Of a stretch of DNA of 64,000 bases, positions 56,480-64,000 are shown piece after piece (within the stretch, counting starts at the first letter, position 1; each line of letters opens with the position of its first letter). The notes beneath the pieces were generated by a model, which was not told the DNA's origin, did not search any database, and was given only the letters and a program-made list of their open reading frames with translations. The stretch lies in assembly GCA_963805015.1 (NCBI GenBank), contig CAWDSL010000024.1, positions 577,893-641,892 on the forward strand, given 5' to 3'. The translations under genes and the position numbers were made by a program. Origin of the DNA: an uncultured bacterium (GTDB lineage Bacteria > Acidobacteriota > Aminicenantia > Aminicenantales > Saccharicenantaceae).

Positions 56480-57343
56480 TCAGTTCCCGCGAGCCGGGGC
56501 TACGTCCCCGCCGGGGTCCTTGATCTTGACGATATCGACGCGGCCGTTCGGCGCCCTCAGAAGGATGTCCGGACCGCCCTGCCCGATCCAGCCCTTGACC
56601 GCGGGCGCCGGCAGCGCGACGCCGAGAGGGAAGTCGCTGCGGACCCGGCCGCGCGGGGCGTCGGCCTCGACGATGGCCCCGACGCCGGGCTCCAGGCGGA
56701 GGACGATGTCCCCGCGGCGGCAGGTGACGGCGATCGCATCCTCCTCGCGGAGGTCGAGGACTTCGACGTCCGCGGCGCCCGTCCCGACGGTCGCGTCGAC
56801 CGCCCCGGAGAAGTTCTCCACCTTGAGGTCGCCCTGGTCGACCGAGGCTTCGAGCCGGCCGAAGACGCCGGCCACCGTAAGGTTTCCCTGGCTGATGCGG
56901 ATGCCGGTCAGGACGACGGATTCGGGGACGCGGACCCGGAAATCGATTCCGGGCGGAGCGCCGGGGCCCTCGAATGTGCGGGTCCGGACCAGGAAGCCCC
57001 TTTCGGTCTCCCGGACCTCGATGTCGGGCAGGTCGCGGCGCGGGGCGGCCCCGTCCTCCCCGGCGGCGGCCCGGGCGACGATGTCGACCGTCTCCCGGTC
57101 CCAGCCGATGATCTCGACGTCACCGTAATCGTTCTCCAGCGACAGGCTGCCGCCCGATCGGAACGAGAGCGTCTGGCGGAATTCGGTCCCGGACCAGGTC
57201 CCCGTCCCCTCCTCGGCCGGCTCGTCGCGGCCGGGGATGGTCCGCCAGCCGCCGGACCCGCCGGCGTCCGGCAGGATGAGGCAGGCCGCGCCCAGGGCGG
57301 CGGCCGCGAGGGCCAAGGTCAAGCGCGGAACGGTCCTTCTCAC
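56480..57343 (-). CDS. DUF4097 (toastrack)-like secreted or lipoprotein
   Basis: 287 aa from the GTG at 57343 (GGGAGG upstream), with a signal peptide ending in a Cys (LGAAC). Beta-strand repeats: GDVEIIGWD, GNLTVAGVFG, GDLKVENFSG, GDIVLRL, GRVDIVKI. Confidence 0.75.
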   Translation of the reverse strand: MRRTVPRLTLALAAAALGAACLILPDAGGSGGWRTIPGRDEPAEEGTGTWSGTEFRQTLSFRSGGSLSLENDYGDVEIIGWDRETVDIVARAAAGEDGAAPRRDLPDIEVRETERGFLVRTRTFEGPGAPPGIDFRVRVPESVVLTGIRISQGNLTVAGVFGRLEASVDQGDLKVENFSGAVDATVGTGAADVEVLDLREEDAIAVTCRRGDIVLRLEPGVGAIVEADAPRGRVRSDFPLGVALPAPAVKGWIGQGGPDILLRAPNGRVDIVKIKDPGGDVAPARGN

Positions 57344-57359
57344 GGTCGGTGCCTCCCTG

Positions 57360-58112
57360 CTACCCGAAGCGCCCGGTGATGTAGTCCTCGGTCCTGGAGT
57401 CGCCGGGGTTGGTGAAGATCTGGCGGGTCTCCCCGATCTCGATGAGCTCGCCGAGCAGAAAATAGCCCGTGACGTCCGAGACCCGGGCGGCCTGCTGCAT
57501 GTTGTGGGTGACGATGAGGATGGTGTAGCGCTTCTTGAGCTCGGCCATGAGGTCCTCGATGTTGGCCGTCGCGGCCAGGTCGAGGGCCGAGCAGGGCTCG
57601 TCCATGAGCAGGATCTCCGGCTCGACGGCGACCAGGCGGGCGATGCACAGCCGCTGCTGCTGCTCGCCCGAGAGGCGGAGGGCGTTCTCGCCGAGGCGGT
57701 CCTTGAGCTCGTCCCAGAGGTGAACGGCCTCCAGGCTGCGCGTCAGCTTCTCGTCGAGCGCCCGGGAGTCGCGGACGCCGTGGACGCGCAGGCCGTAGAG
57801 GACGTTGTCGGAGACGCTCAGGGGGAAGGGGTTCGGCCGCTGGAAGACCATGCCGACCTTCTTCCGGAGGTCGAGCAGGTCGACGCCGGGGGCGTAGATG
57901 TCCGCCCCGTCGATGAGCACCTTCCCGGTGACGCGCACGTCCTCGATGAGGTCGGTCATCCGGTTGAGGGAGCGGAGGAAGGTCGTCTTGCCGCAGCCCG
58001 AGGGGCCGATGAGGGCGGTGATCCGGTTCTTCGCGATGTCCAGGCTGATCCCGTTGAGCGCCTGGAACTTCCCGTAGTAGAAGTCGAGATCGCGGACTTC
58101 GATGATGGCCAT
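57360..58112 (-). CDS. pstB: phosphate ABC transporter ATP-binding protein PstB (copy 1; signature motif LSGEQ)
   Basis: 250 aa from the ATG at 58112. Walker [11 protein letters not shown]-loop [10 protein letters not shown], Walker B ILLMDEP, H-loop VTHNM, C-terminal DYITGRFG. The signature reads LSGEQQQR instead of LSGGQ. Confidence 0.92.
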   Translation of the reverse strand: MAIIEVRDLDFYYGKFQALNGISLDIAKNRITALIGPSGCGKTTFLRSLNRMTDLIEDVRVTGKVLIDGADIYAPGVDLLDLRKKVGMVFQRPNPFPLSVSDNVLYGLRVHGVRDSRALDEKLTRSLEAVHLWDELKDRLGENALRLSGEQQQRLCIARLVAVEPEILLMDEPCSALDLAATANIEDLMAELKKRYTILIVTHNMQQAARVSDVTGYFLLGELIEIGETRQIFTNPGDSRTEDYITGRFG

Positions 58113-58117
58113 GGTCG

Positions 58118-58876
58118 TCACCCGAACCGGCCCCGGAGGTAGTCGTCCGTCCTCTGGTCGTCGGGCGCCGTGAAGATCTTGGCCGTCGGGCCGATCTCGA
58201 CCAGCCGGCCGTTGAGGAAGAAGGCCGTGCGGTCGGCCACCCGGGCCGCCTGCTTGGTGTTGTTGGTGACCAGGATGATGGTGTAATCCTTCTTGAGCTT
58301 GCGCAGGGAGCCCTCGATCTTCATCGTCGAGATGGGATCGAGGCCCGAGGTCGGCTCGTCGAGCAGGATGAATTCCGGCTTGACGGCCAGGATGCGGGCC
58401 AGGCAGAGGCGCTGCTGCTGCCCGCCGGAGAGCTTCAGGCCGCTGGTCCCGAGCCGGTCCTGGACCTCCTCCCACAGTCCGCCCTTCTCCAGGCTGTCCC
58501 GGACGAGGGCCTCGAGCTCGTCCCGGCCCCGGATGCCGGCCATCCGGGCCCCGAAGGCCACGTTCTCGAAGATGGTGCGGGGCAGGGGCACGGGCGTCGC
58601 GAAGACCATGCCCAGCTTCCGGCGCAGCTCGACCACGTCGACCTCGGGGCCGTAGATGTCGCGGCCGTCGAGGCGGATCGTTCCCTCGTGTCGCGAGGCG
58701 CGGACGAGATCGTTGAGGCGGTTGAGGGCGCAGAGGAAGGTGGATTTGCCGCTGCGGGCCGGGCCGATGATGCCCAGGATCTCGTTGCGCATGACGTCGA
58801 GGTCGAGGTCGAAGATCTTGCGGACGTCGCCGAAGGATTGGCTGAAGCCCCGGACCTCGATGGCGACGGCGCTCAC
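58118..58876 (-). CDS. PstB paralogue (copy 2) with degenerate Q-loop and H-loop
   Basis: 252 aa from the GTG at 58876, which overlaps the pstA stop (GTGA). Walker [10 protein letters not shown], signature LSGGQQQR and Walker B ILLDEP are intact. The Q-loop reads [10 protein letters not shown] and the H-loop VTNNT. Confidence 0.88.
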   Translation of the reverse strand: MSAVAIEVRGFSQSFGDVRKIFDLDLDVMRNEILGIIGPARSGKSTFLCALNRLNDLVRASRHEGTIRLDGRDIYGPEVDVVELRRKLGMVFATPVPLPRTIFENVAFGARMAGIRGRDELEALVRDSLEKGGLWEEVQDRLGTSGLKLSGGQQQRLCLARILAVKPEFILLDEPTSGLDPISTMKIEGSLRKLKKDYTIILVTNNTKQAARVADRTAFFLNGRLVEIGPTAKIFTAPDDQRTDDYLRGRFG

Positions 58877-59712
58877 GAATATCTCCGGATGAACCGGTTC
58901 ATCAGATAGTAGGTCAGGACATTGATGCCCAGGATGGCGATGATGAGGATGGCCGCCGTGCCGTAGGCGTTGGGCGCCGAGATGCCTTCGCGGGCCAGGA
59001 TGTAGAAATGGACGGACATCGTCCGGGTCGACGAGAAGAGCGAGGTCGGCATCCGCAGGGCGCTGCCGGCGGTGAAAATGGTGGCCGCCGTCTCGCCCAG
59101 GCTGCGGCCGATGCTGAGGACGATGCCCGTGGCGATGCCCGGCAGGGCCGACGGCAGGACGATGCGGGTGACGGTCTGCCACTTCGTGCTGCCCAGGGAG
59201 AAGCCGACCTGACGGTAGGCCGGCGGCACGCTCTTGATGGCCTCCTCCGACGTCCGGATGATGGTCGGCAGGAGCATGAAGGCCAGGGTCAGCCCGCCGC
59301 TGAGGATGGACCAGCCGAACTTGAGCTTGGTGACAAAGAGGATGAAGCCGAAGAGGCCGAAGATGATCGAGGGGATGCCGGCCAAGCATTCCGCGCCGAA
59401 GCGGATGACCCGGGTCACCGGTCCGCCCCAGGTGTACTCCGTGAGGTAGATGGCCGTCCCGATGCCGAGGGGGGCGGCGATGAGGATGGCCAGGGCGGTC
59501 AGGGCGACCGTCCCGACGACGGTCGAGAAGATGCCGCCCGCCTTGCCCATGTCCACCGGATTGGCCGTCAGGAACTCGAGGCTCAGCGCCGGCAACCCGC
59601 GGCGGAGGATGAAGAAGATGATGAACAGAAGGACCGCCACCGTGACGAGGGTCAGGGCCCAGAGGACGGTCCGGGCCGCCCGCTCCTCGATCCGGGGGCC
59701 GAGGCGCCTCAC
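58873..59712 (-). CDS. pstA: phosphate ABC transporter permease PstA
   Basis: 279 aa, 6 TM, EAA-like loop ([24 protein letters not shown]). Overlaps pstC by 4 nt. Confidence 0.92.
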   Translation of the reverse strand: MRRLGPRIEERAARTVLWALTLVTVAVLLFIIFFILRRGLPALSLEFLTANPVDMGKAGGIFSTVVGTVALTALAILIAAPLGIGTAIYLTEYTWGGPVTRVIRFGAECLAGIPSIIFGLFGFILFVTKLKFGWSILSGGLTLAFMLLPTIIRTSEEAIKSVPPAYRQVGFSLGSTKWQTVTRIVLPSALPGIATGIVLSIGRSLGETAATIFTAGSALRMPTSLFSSTRTMSVHFYILAREGISAPNAYGTAAILIIAILGINVLTYYLMNRFIRRYS

Positions 59713-60587
59713 GGCTGCTTCCTCCGCTTGGCCGAGGTGGCGTTGGCGATCGTGTTGAGGATCATGATGATGACGAACAGGACGACGCCGGTGGCGAACA
59801 GGGCCTCCCGGTGCTCGCCCGTGGCATAGCTCATCTCCAGGGCGACGTTCGAGGTCAGCGTGCGGACCGGGGCCAGCAGCGACCGGGGGATCTCCGCGGC
59901 GTTGCCGGCGATCATGATGGTGGCCATGGTCTCGCCGATGGCCCGGCCCATGCCCAGGATGATGCTGGCGATGATGCCCGAGCGGGCCGCCGGGAAGAGG
60001 ACCATCTTGACCGTCTGCCAGCGGGTCGCCCCCAGGGCGATCGAGCCCTCCCGGTAGGACGGCGGCACGGCCTGGAGCGAATCGACCGAGATGGAGATGA
60101 TGGTCGGCAGGATCATGATGCCCAGGACGATCGACGCCGCCAGGACCGATAGCCCCGGTCCGCCGAAGGTCTGGCGGATGAAGGGCACCAGGATGATGAC
60201 GCCCATGAAGCCGTAGACGACCGAGGGGATGCCGGCCAGGAGCTCGATCACCGGCTTGATGAAGCGCCGGACCCGTTTCGAGGAGAACTCCGTCAGGACG
60301 ATGGCGCAGGCCAGGCCGAAGGGGACGCCGATGACCAGGGCCCCTCCCGTGACGAACAGGGACCCGACGATCATCGGCCAGAGCCCGAAGAGCTTCTCCG
60401 AGGGGTACCAGTTGGAGCCGGCCAGGAAGCTCTTCAGCCCGTACTTGAACATGATCGGGGTCCCCTGGCCGACGATGAACACGGTGATAACGAGAAGGAC
60501 GGAGACGGCCGAGAAGGCGACGACCAGGAGGGCCAGGCGGACGAGCCGGTCGTTCCGTTCGAGCCTGTTCCCGGCGCGCTTGCCCAT
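59709..60587 (-). CDS. pstC: phosphate ABC transporter permease PstC
   Basis: 292 aa, 6 TM, with the loop DSLQAVPPSYREGSIALGATRWQT. Confidence 0.92.
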   Translation of the reverse strand: MGKRAGNRLERNDRLVRLALLVVAFSAVSVLLVITVFIVGQGTPIMFKYGLKSFLAGSNWYPSEKLFGLWPMIVGSLFVTGGALVIGVPFGLACAIVLTEFSSKRVRRFIKPVIELLAGIPSVVYGFMGVIILVPFIRQTFGGPGLSVLAASIVLGIMILPTIISISVDSLQAVPPSYREGSIALGATRWQTVKMVLFPAARSGIIASIILGMGRAIGETMATIMIAGNAAEIPRSLLAPVRTLTSNVALEMSYATGEHREALFATGVVLFVIIMILNTIANATSAKRRKQP

Positions 60588-60612
60588 GGTTCTCTTCTTC
60601 GGCCCCCGCCGG

Positions 60613-61416
60613 TCACCGGATCGGGAGGAGCCCTTCCTTCTTGACCAGCTCCTGCCCTTCCGGGGACAGGACGAAATCGATGAAATCCTTGGCGTGGCCG
60701 ACCGGCTCGCCTTGGCTGACGAACAGGAACGGCCGCACGAGCTTGTAGCGCCCGCTCTCGATGTTCTCGTCGGTCGCCGCGGCGCCGTCGAGATCGAGGG
60801 CCCGGACCTGGTCGTTGACCAGGCCCAGGGAGATGAAGCCGATGGCGTAGGGATCGTGGGCGACGATCTCCCGGACCGTTCCGTTGGAGTCCTCGGTGAT
60901 GGCCCCCCGGAAGATGCGGGTCTTGCCCATGACCAGCTCCTGGAAGGCGCCGCGCGTCCCGGACCCCTCCTCGCGCGTGACGACGGTGATCGCCCGGTCG
61001 GGACCGCCGAGGTATCCCCAGTTCCTCAGGTCGCCGGCGAAGATCTGCTTGATCTCGGCCAGTTTGGCCCCCCGGACGGGATTGGAGGGGTGGACGACGA
61101 GGGCCAGCCCGTCCCGGGCCACGACGATCTCGACGAGGTCTTTCTCGTCGCCCTTGAGATCGCGCGAGGACATGCCGATCTGGCAGGCCCCGCTCTTGCA
61201 GGCCTGGATGCCGGCGCTCGAGCCCCCGCCCTGGACGTTGACCCCGTAGTCGGGGTGGGTCTCCATGAAGACCTCGGCCCACTTGTCGGCGAAAGGCTGG
61301 ATGCTGGTCGAGCCGGCCAGGGTCAGGTCGGCCCGCTCCCCGCTCCGGCGGCAGGCCGGGAAAAGGGCGACGATGAGGGCGGGGAGGAGGAGAAGGGCGA
61401 GCCTGTGGCGCGTCAT
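60613..61416 (-). CDS. pstS: phosphate-binding protein PstS family (lipoprotein-like signal)
   Basis: 267 aa. Motifs: LTLAGSTSIQP, GGGSSAGI, EGSGTRGAF. Confidence 0.9.
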   Translation of the reverse strand: MTRHRLALLLLPALIVALFPACRRSGERADLTLAGSTSIQPFADKWAEVFMETHPDYGVNVQGGGSSAGIQACKSGACQIGMSSRDLKGDEKDLVEIVVARDGLALVVHPSNPVRGAKLAEIKQIFAGDLRNWGYLGGPDRAITVVTREEGSGTRGAFQELVMGKTRIFRGAITEDSNGTVREIVAHDPYAIGFISLGLVNDQVRALDLDGAAATDENIESGRYKLVRPFLFVSQGEPVGHAKDFIDFVLSPEGQELVKKEGLLPIR

Positions 61417-61444
61417 GTCGTTACGGGATGCACATCAAGGGCGA

Positions 61445-61472
61445 ATTATATCTCAAAGGAAGAAGGGGTCAA
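61445..61472 (-). promoter_or_regulatory. sigma70-like promoter TTGACC-N16-TATAAT for the pst operon
   Basis: On the minus strand, TTGACC at 61472-61467 (it contains the ABC-F stop codon) and TATAAT at 61450-61445. Confidence 0.5.
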
Positions 61473-63367
61473 CCCTTTACTTTTTCACACTGTTCGTCCG
61501 CCTCGTCGAGCTCCCGCATCCGGGCGTCGAAGCCGGCCTTCTTGGCCTCATGGTCCGCGGTCAGCTTCTCCAGCTCCTCGAGCAGGCCATCGATCGTCTT
61601 CTTCGTCCGGTGCATCTCCTTGGAGATCTCGACGACCTTGGCGCCCTGGCGGCCCTCGGAGGCCTTGACCAACTCGCCGTTGAGGCGGCGCAGACAGGCG
61701 TCGTGCGTCTCGACGTCCTTCTCGATCGCCGTCATCCGCGTCTCGAGGGGCCGCAGGACCCGCGAGCGCCCGGCCACGATCTCGGAGCGCAGGCGCCGCA
61801 GCTCCTTGGGCGTCCCCTTGGGGCGTTCCCCGGCGGCCTCCAGACGGGGCGGCGGCCCGGCGGCGAGGGAGCCCTGTATGAGCTCGTCCCGCCAGCCGAC
61901 TTTGTCCAGGAACCGCTGGTAGCCGCCCTCGTAGACGACGACGTCGTCGTGGTCGAAGACGACCAGCCGGTCGGCCAGGGCATGGAGGAACATCTCGTTG
62001 TGCGTGACCATGACGACCGCCCCGTCGAAGGCGTCGATGGCCTCGAGCAGGGCGTCGTTCGACTCGATATCGAGGTGGTTGGTCGGCTCGTCGAGCAGGA
62101 GCAGGTTGAGCGGCGTGGCGATGAGCTTGCCCAGAAGGACGCGGCTCTTCTCCCCGCCCGAAAGGACCTTGATCTTCTTGAGGGCGTCGTCGCCTTCGAA
62201 CATCATCCCGCCGGCGATGAACCGGGACCGCTTGGGGTCCCCGTCCGGATCGGCCGAGCCGATCTCCTCGAGGACGGTGTTGGACTCCGACAGGGTCGAG
62301 ATGTGGGTCTGCTCGAAGTAGCCGACCGCGACCGACTGCGGCGCGTCGACGGTGCCCGACCCGGGGGCGAGGTCGCCGGCGATGAGCCGGAGCAGGGTCG
62401 TCTTCCCCCGGCCGTTGCGGCCGATGACGAAGACCCGGTCCTTGGCCCCGATGCTGATCGAGAGCCGGCGGATGAGCGGCCGGTCGGGGGTGTAGCCGAA
62501 CGACAGGTCGCGGACGTCGAGGGCGTACTTGTGGTAGCCCGGCTTCTCGGCGAAGGCGAACTCGAGGGTCTTGATGGCCTCGAGCTTGTCGCGCTTCTCC
62601 ATCTTCTCGAGCGATTTGACGCGCGACTGGACGAGGCCGCCGAGGCGGGCCTTGGCCCGGAAGCGGGTGATGAACAGGTCCATCTCCTTCATCTTCCGCT
62701 CGTCGTTGATCCGGGTCTTCTCGTAGATCTCCTCCTCGGCCGCGATCTGCTCGTAGTACTTCCCCGTGTCGCCCTCGACCTTGCGGACCTTGCGCCGGTG
62801 GATGCCGAGGACGTGGGTGACGACGTTGTCCATGAAGCTGCGGTCGTGGGTGATGAGCAGGAGCTCCCCCGGCCAGGCGGCCAGGAAGCGCTCCAGCCAG
62901 CGGATGGAGGTGATGTCGAGGTAGTTGCTCGGCTCGTCGAGCAGGAGCATCTGGTAGTCGCCGACCAGGACCTTGGCCAGGTTGAGCCGGACCTGGTAGC
63001 CGCCCGAGAGCTCCGAGGGGCGCTTCTCGAGGTCGGCCGCCTCGAAGCCCAGGCCGGCCAGGACCTTTTCGACCCGCCAGATCTCGTTCGTGGCGTCGTG
63101 GGGCAGGGCCTTGGCCGCCTCCGCCAGGACGTTCGGCTCGCTGAAGCGGATCCTCTGCTCGACGTAGCCGATGCGGTATTTGCGGGGCTTGGCGATGGTC
63201 CCGTCGTCGGGCTCCTCCTCCCCGGTGATCATCCGGAAGAGGGTCGTCTTGCCGTGCCCGTTGCGGCCGACGACGCCGACCCGCTCCTTGCGGTTGACCT
63301 TGAAGCTGACGGAGTCGAAGAGGCCCTGTTTTCCGTAGCTCTTCGAAAGATTGTCGACGACGATCAT
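61469..63367 (-). CDS. ABC-F family ATPase (tandem ABC domains, C-terminal coiled coil)
   Basis: 632 aa with two Walker A motifs (GRNGHGKTT, GRNGRGKTT), two signatures (LSGGYQ, LSGGEK) and no TM domain. Confidence 0.92.
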   Translation of the reverse strand: MIVVDNLSKSYGKQGLFDSVSFKVNRKERVGVVGRNGHGKTTLFRMITGEEEPDDGTIAKPRKYRIGYVEQRIRFSEPNVLAEAAKALPHDATNEIWRVEKVLAGLGFEAADLEKRPSELSGGYQVRLNLAKVLVGDYQMLLLDEPSNYLDITSIRWLERFLAAWPGELLLITHDRSFMDNVVTHVLGIHRRKVRKVEGDTGKYYEQIAAEEEIYEKTRINDERKMKEMDLFITRFRAKARLGGLVQSRVKSLEKMEKRDKLEAIKTLEFAFAEKPGYHKYALDVRDLSFGYTPDRPLIRRLSISIGAKDRVFVIGRNGRGKTTLLRLIAGDLAPGSGTVDAPQSVAVGYFEQTHISTLSESNTVLEEIGSADPDGDPKRSRFIAGGMMFEGDDALKKIKVLSGGEKSRVLLGKLIATPLNLLLLDEPTNHLDIESNDALLEAIDAFDGAVVMVTHNEMFLHALADRLVVFDHDDVVVYEGGYQRFLDKVGWRDELIQGSLAAGPPPRLEAAGERPKGTPKELRRLRSEIVAGRSRVLRPLETRMTAIEKDVETHDACLRRLNGELVKASEGRQGAKVVEISKEMHRTKKTIDGLLEELEKLTADHEAKKAGFDARMRELDEADEQCEKVKG

Positions 63368-63416
63368 GGAGTTGTCCCTGTCCGTATCGGACCGGATATT
63401 ATAGCAGACCGGGCGA

Positions 63417-63842
63417 TTATTTCTTGACCGGCTCCCCCGCCACGGTCTTGGTCTTATGGGCCCCCTTGGTCACGTGGACCCGGAAGCCGTCCTCGCCGGG
63501 GAGCCAGACCTCGGAGAGGACGTAGACCGTGATGTACTCCGTGTAGGACGGCGCGAAGTCCCCGACCTCGTCGAAGACGAGTTGGGGCGCCGCGGGCGGC
63601 GGCGTCGGCGCGGCGATCCGCTCGACGACCGCGACCGGCGTCTCCTTGCCCGTCGCTTCCTGCCGGAGGACGAGGCCGCCGGCGGCCGTCTTGGATACGG
63701 TGTACTCCCCCGCGGCCAGGTTCTTGCCGGCCGCCTTGATCGCGAACGTCACCTTGAAAGACGCCTGGGCTGACGCCGAGGCGACGCCGACGACCAGGCC
63801 GAAGGCCAGGGCCGTCAGGGCCGCAAAGCTTCGCTTTTTCAT
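63417..63842 (-). CDS. secreted hypothetical protein
   Basis: 141 aa with signal peptide MKKRSFAALTALAFGLVVGVASASAQA. GGAGG region upstream. No family recognised. Confidence 0.7.
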   Translation of the reverse strand: MKKRSFAALTALAFGLVVGVASASAQASFKVTFAIKAAGKNLAAGEYTVSKTAAGGLVLRQEATGKETPVAVVERIAAPTPPPAAPQLVFDEVGDFAPSYTEYITVYVLSEVWLPGEDGFRVHVTKGAHKTKTVAGEPVKK

Positions 63843-63857
63843 CTCTCGCCTCCTTCC

Positions 63858-64000
63858 CTAGACCGTGACCTCGGCCGGATAGGCCGGGACCGGGTCGGGC
63901 GCGTCGGGGACGCCGCTCTTGACCGCCTCTTCCATGGCCTCGACGAAGGTGTCGATCTCCTCGAGCGTCGTATAGACGTTCGGCGAGATGCGCAGGGCCT
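63858..64000 (-). CDS. C-terminal fragment of a class V aminotransferase-fold PLP enzyme; gene continues past the window end
   Basis: The minus-strand frame ending at TAG (63860-63858) reads ...ALRISPNVYTTLEEIDTFVEAMEEAVKSGVPDAPDPVPAYPAEVTV. The RISPxxYTTxEEID tail is typical of this family. Confidence 0.5.
   Translation of the reverse strand, partial: ALRISPNVYTTLEEIDTFVEAMEEAVKSGVPDAPDPVPAYPAEVTV

Overview
The window is visibly high-GC: hand counts give 80/120 G+C in secA (26041-26160), and nothing was computed window-wide. Gene content is that of a diderm bacterium (TonB-dependent receptor, OmpA-family protein, MacAB-like exporter, BamB-like lipoprotein). I support about 70 protein-coding genes and 3 tRNAs: Leu-CAA, Gly-CCC and Pro-GGG. 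I saw no rRNA, CRISPR array, transposase, integrase or recognisable phage or defence gene. Most genes are housekeeping: uvrB/uvrC, secA, guaB, panBCD, feoAB, pstSCA with two pstB genes, rarA, surE, trmH and ppnP. There are several envelope-stress modules: two divergent ECF sigma/anti-sigma pairs, two DUF4097 (toastrack) proteins, and PspC- and LiaF-like membrane proteins. A tungsten/molybdenum-cofactor aldehyde-oxidation island is also present (AOR, MoaD-like, ALDH, ThiF-like, MobB). I found no clear-cut new system. The most unusual items are listed here.
- A PstB1/PstB2 pair whose motif degeneracies co-vary as in asymmetric heterodimeric ABC ATPases.
- An HtrA-like protein with no catalytic His or Asp, sitting in an ECF sigma operon.
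- A lactonase-deacetylase fusion lipoprotein translationally coupled to panD.
- A signal-peptide-bearing protein with a PI3/PI4-kinase-like catalytic loop.
- A roughly 190-bp insert with direct repeats and a perfect palindrome splitting the MacAB-like operon.
- A 350-bp highly structured gene-free gap between convergent genes.

Four genes are frame-disrupted, three of them at short homopolymer runs consistent with one missing base. Assembly indels are therefore a serious alternative to real pseudogenes. The many very long antisense ORFs in the track are GC-driven shadow ORFs.
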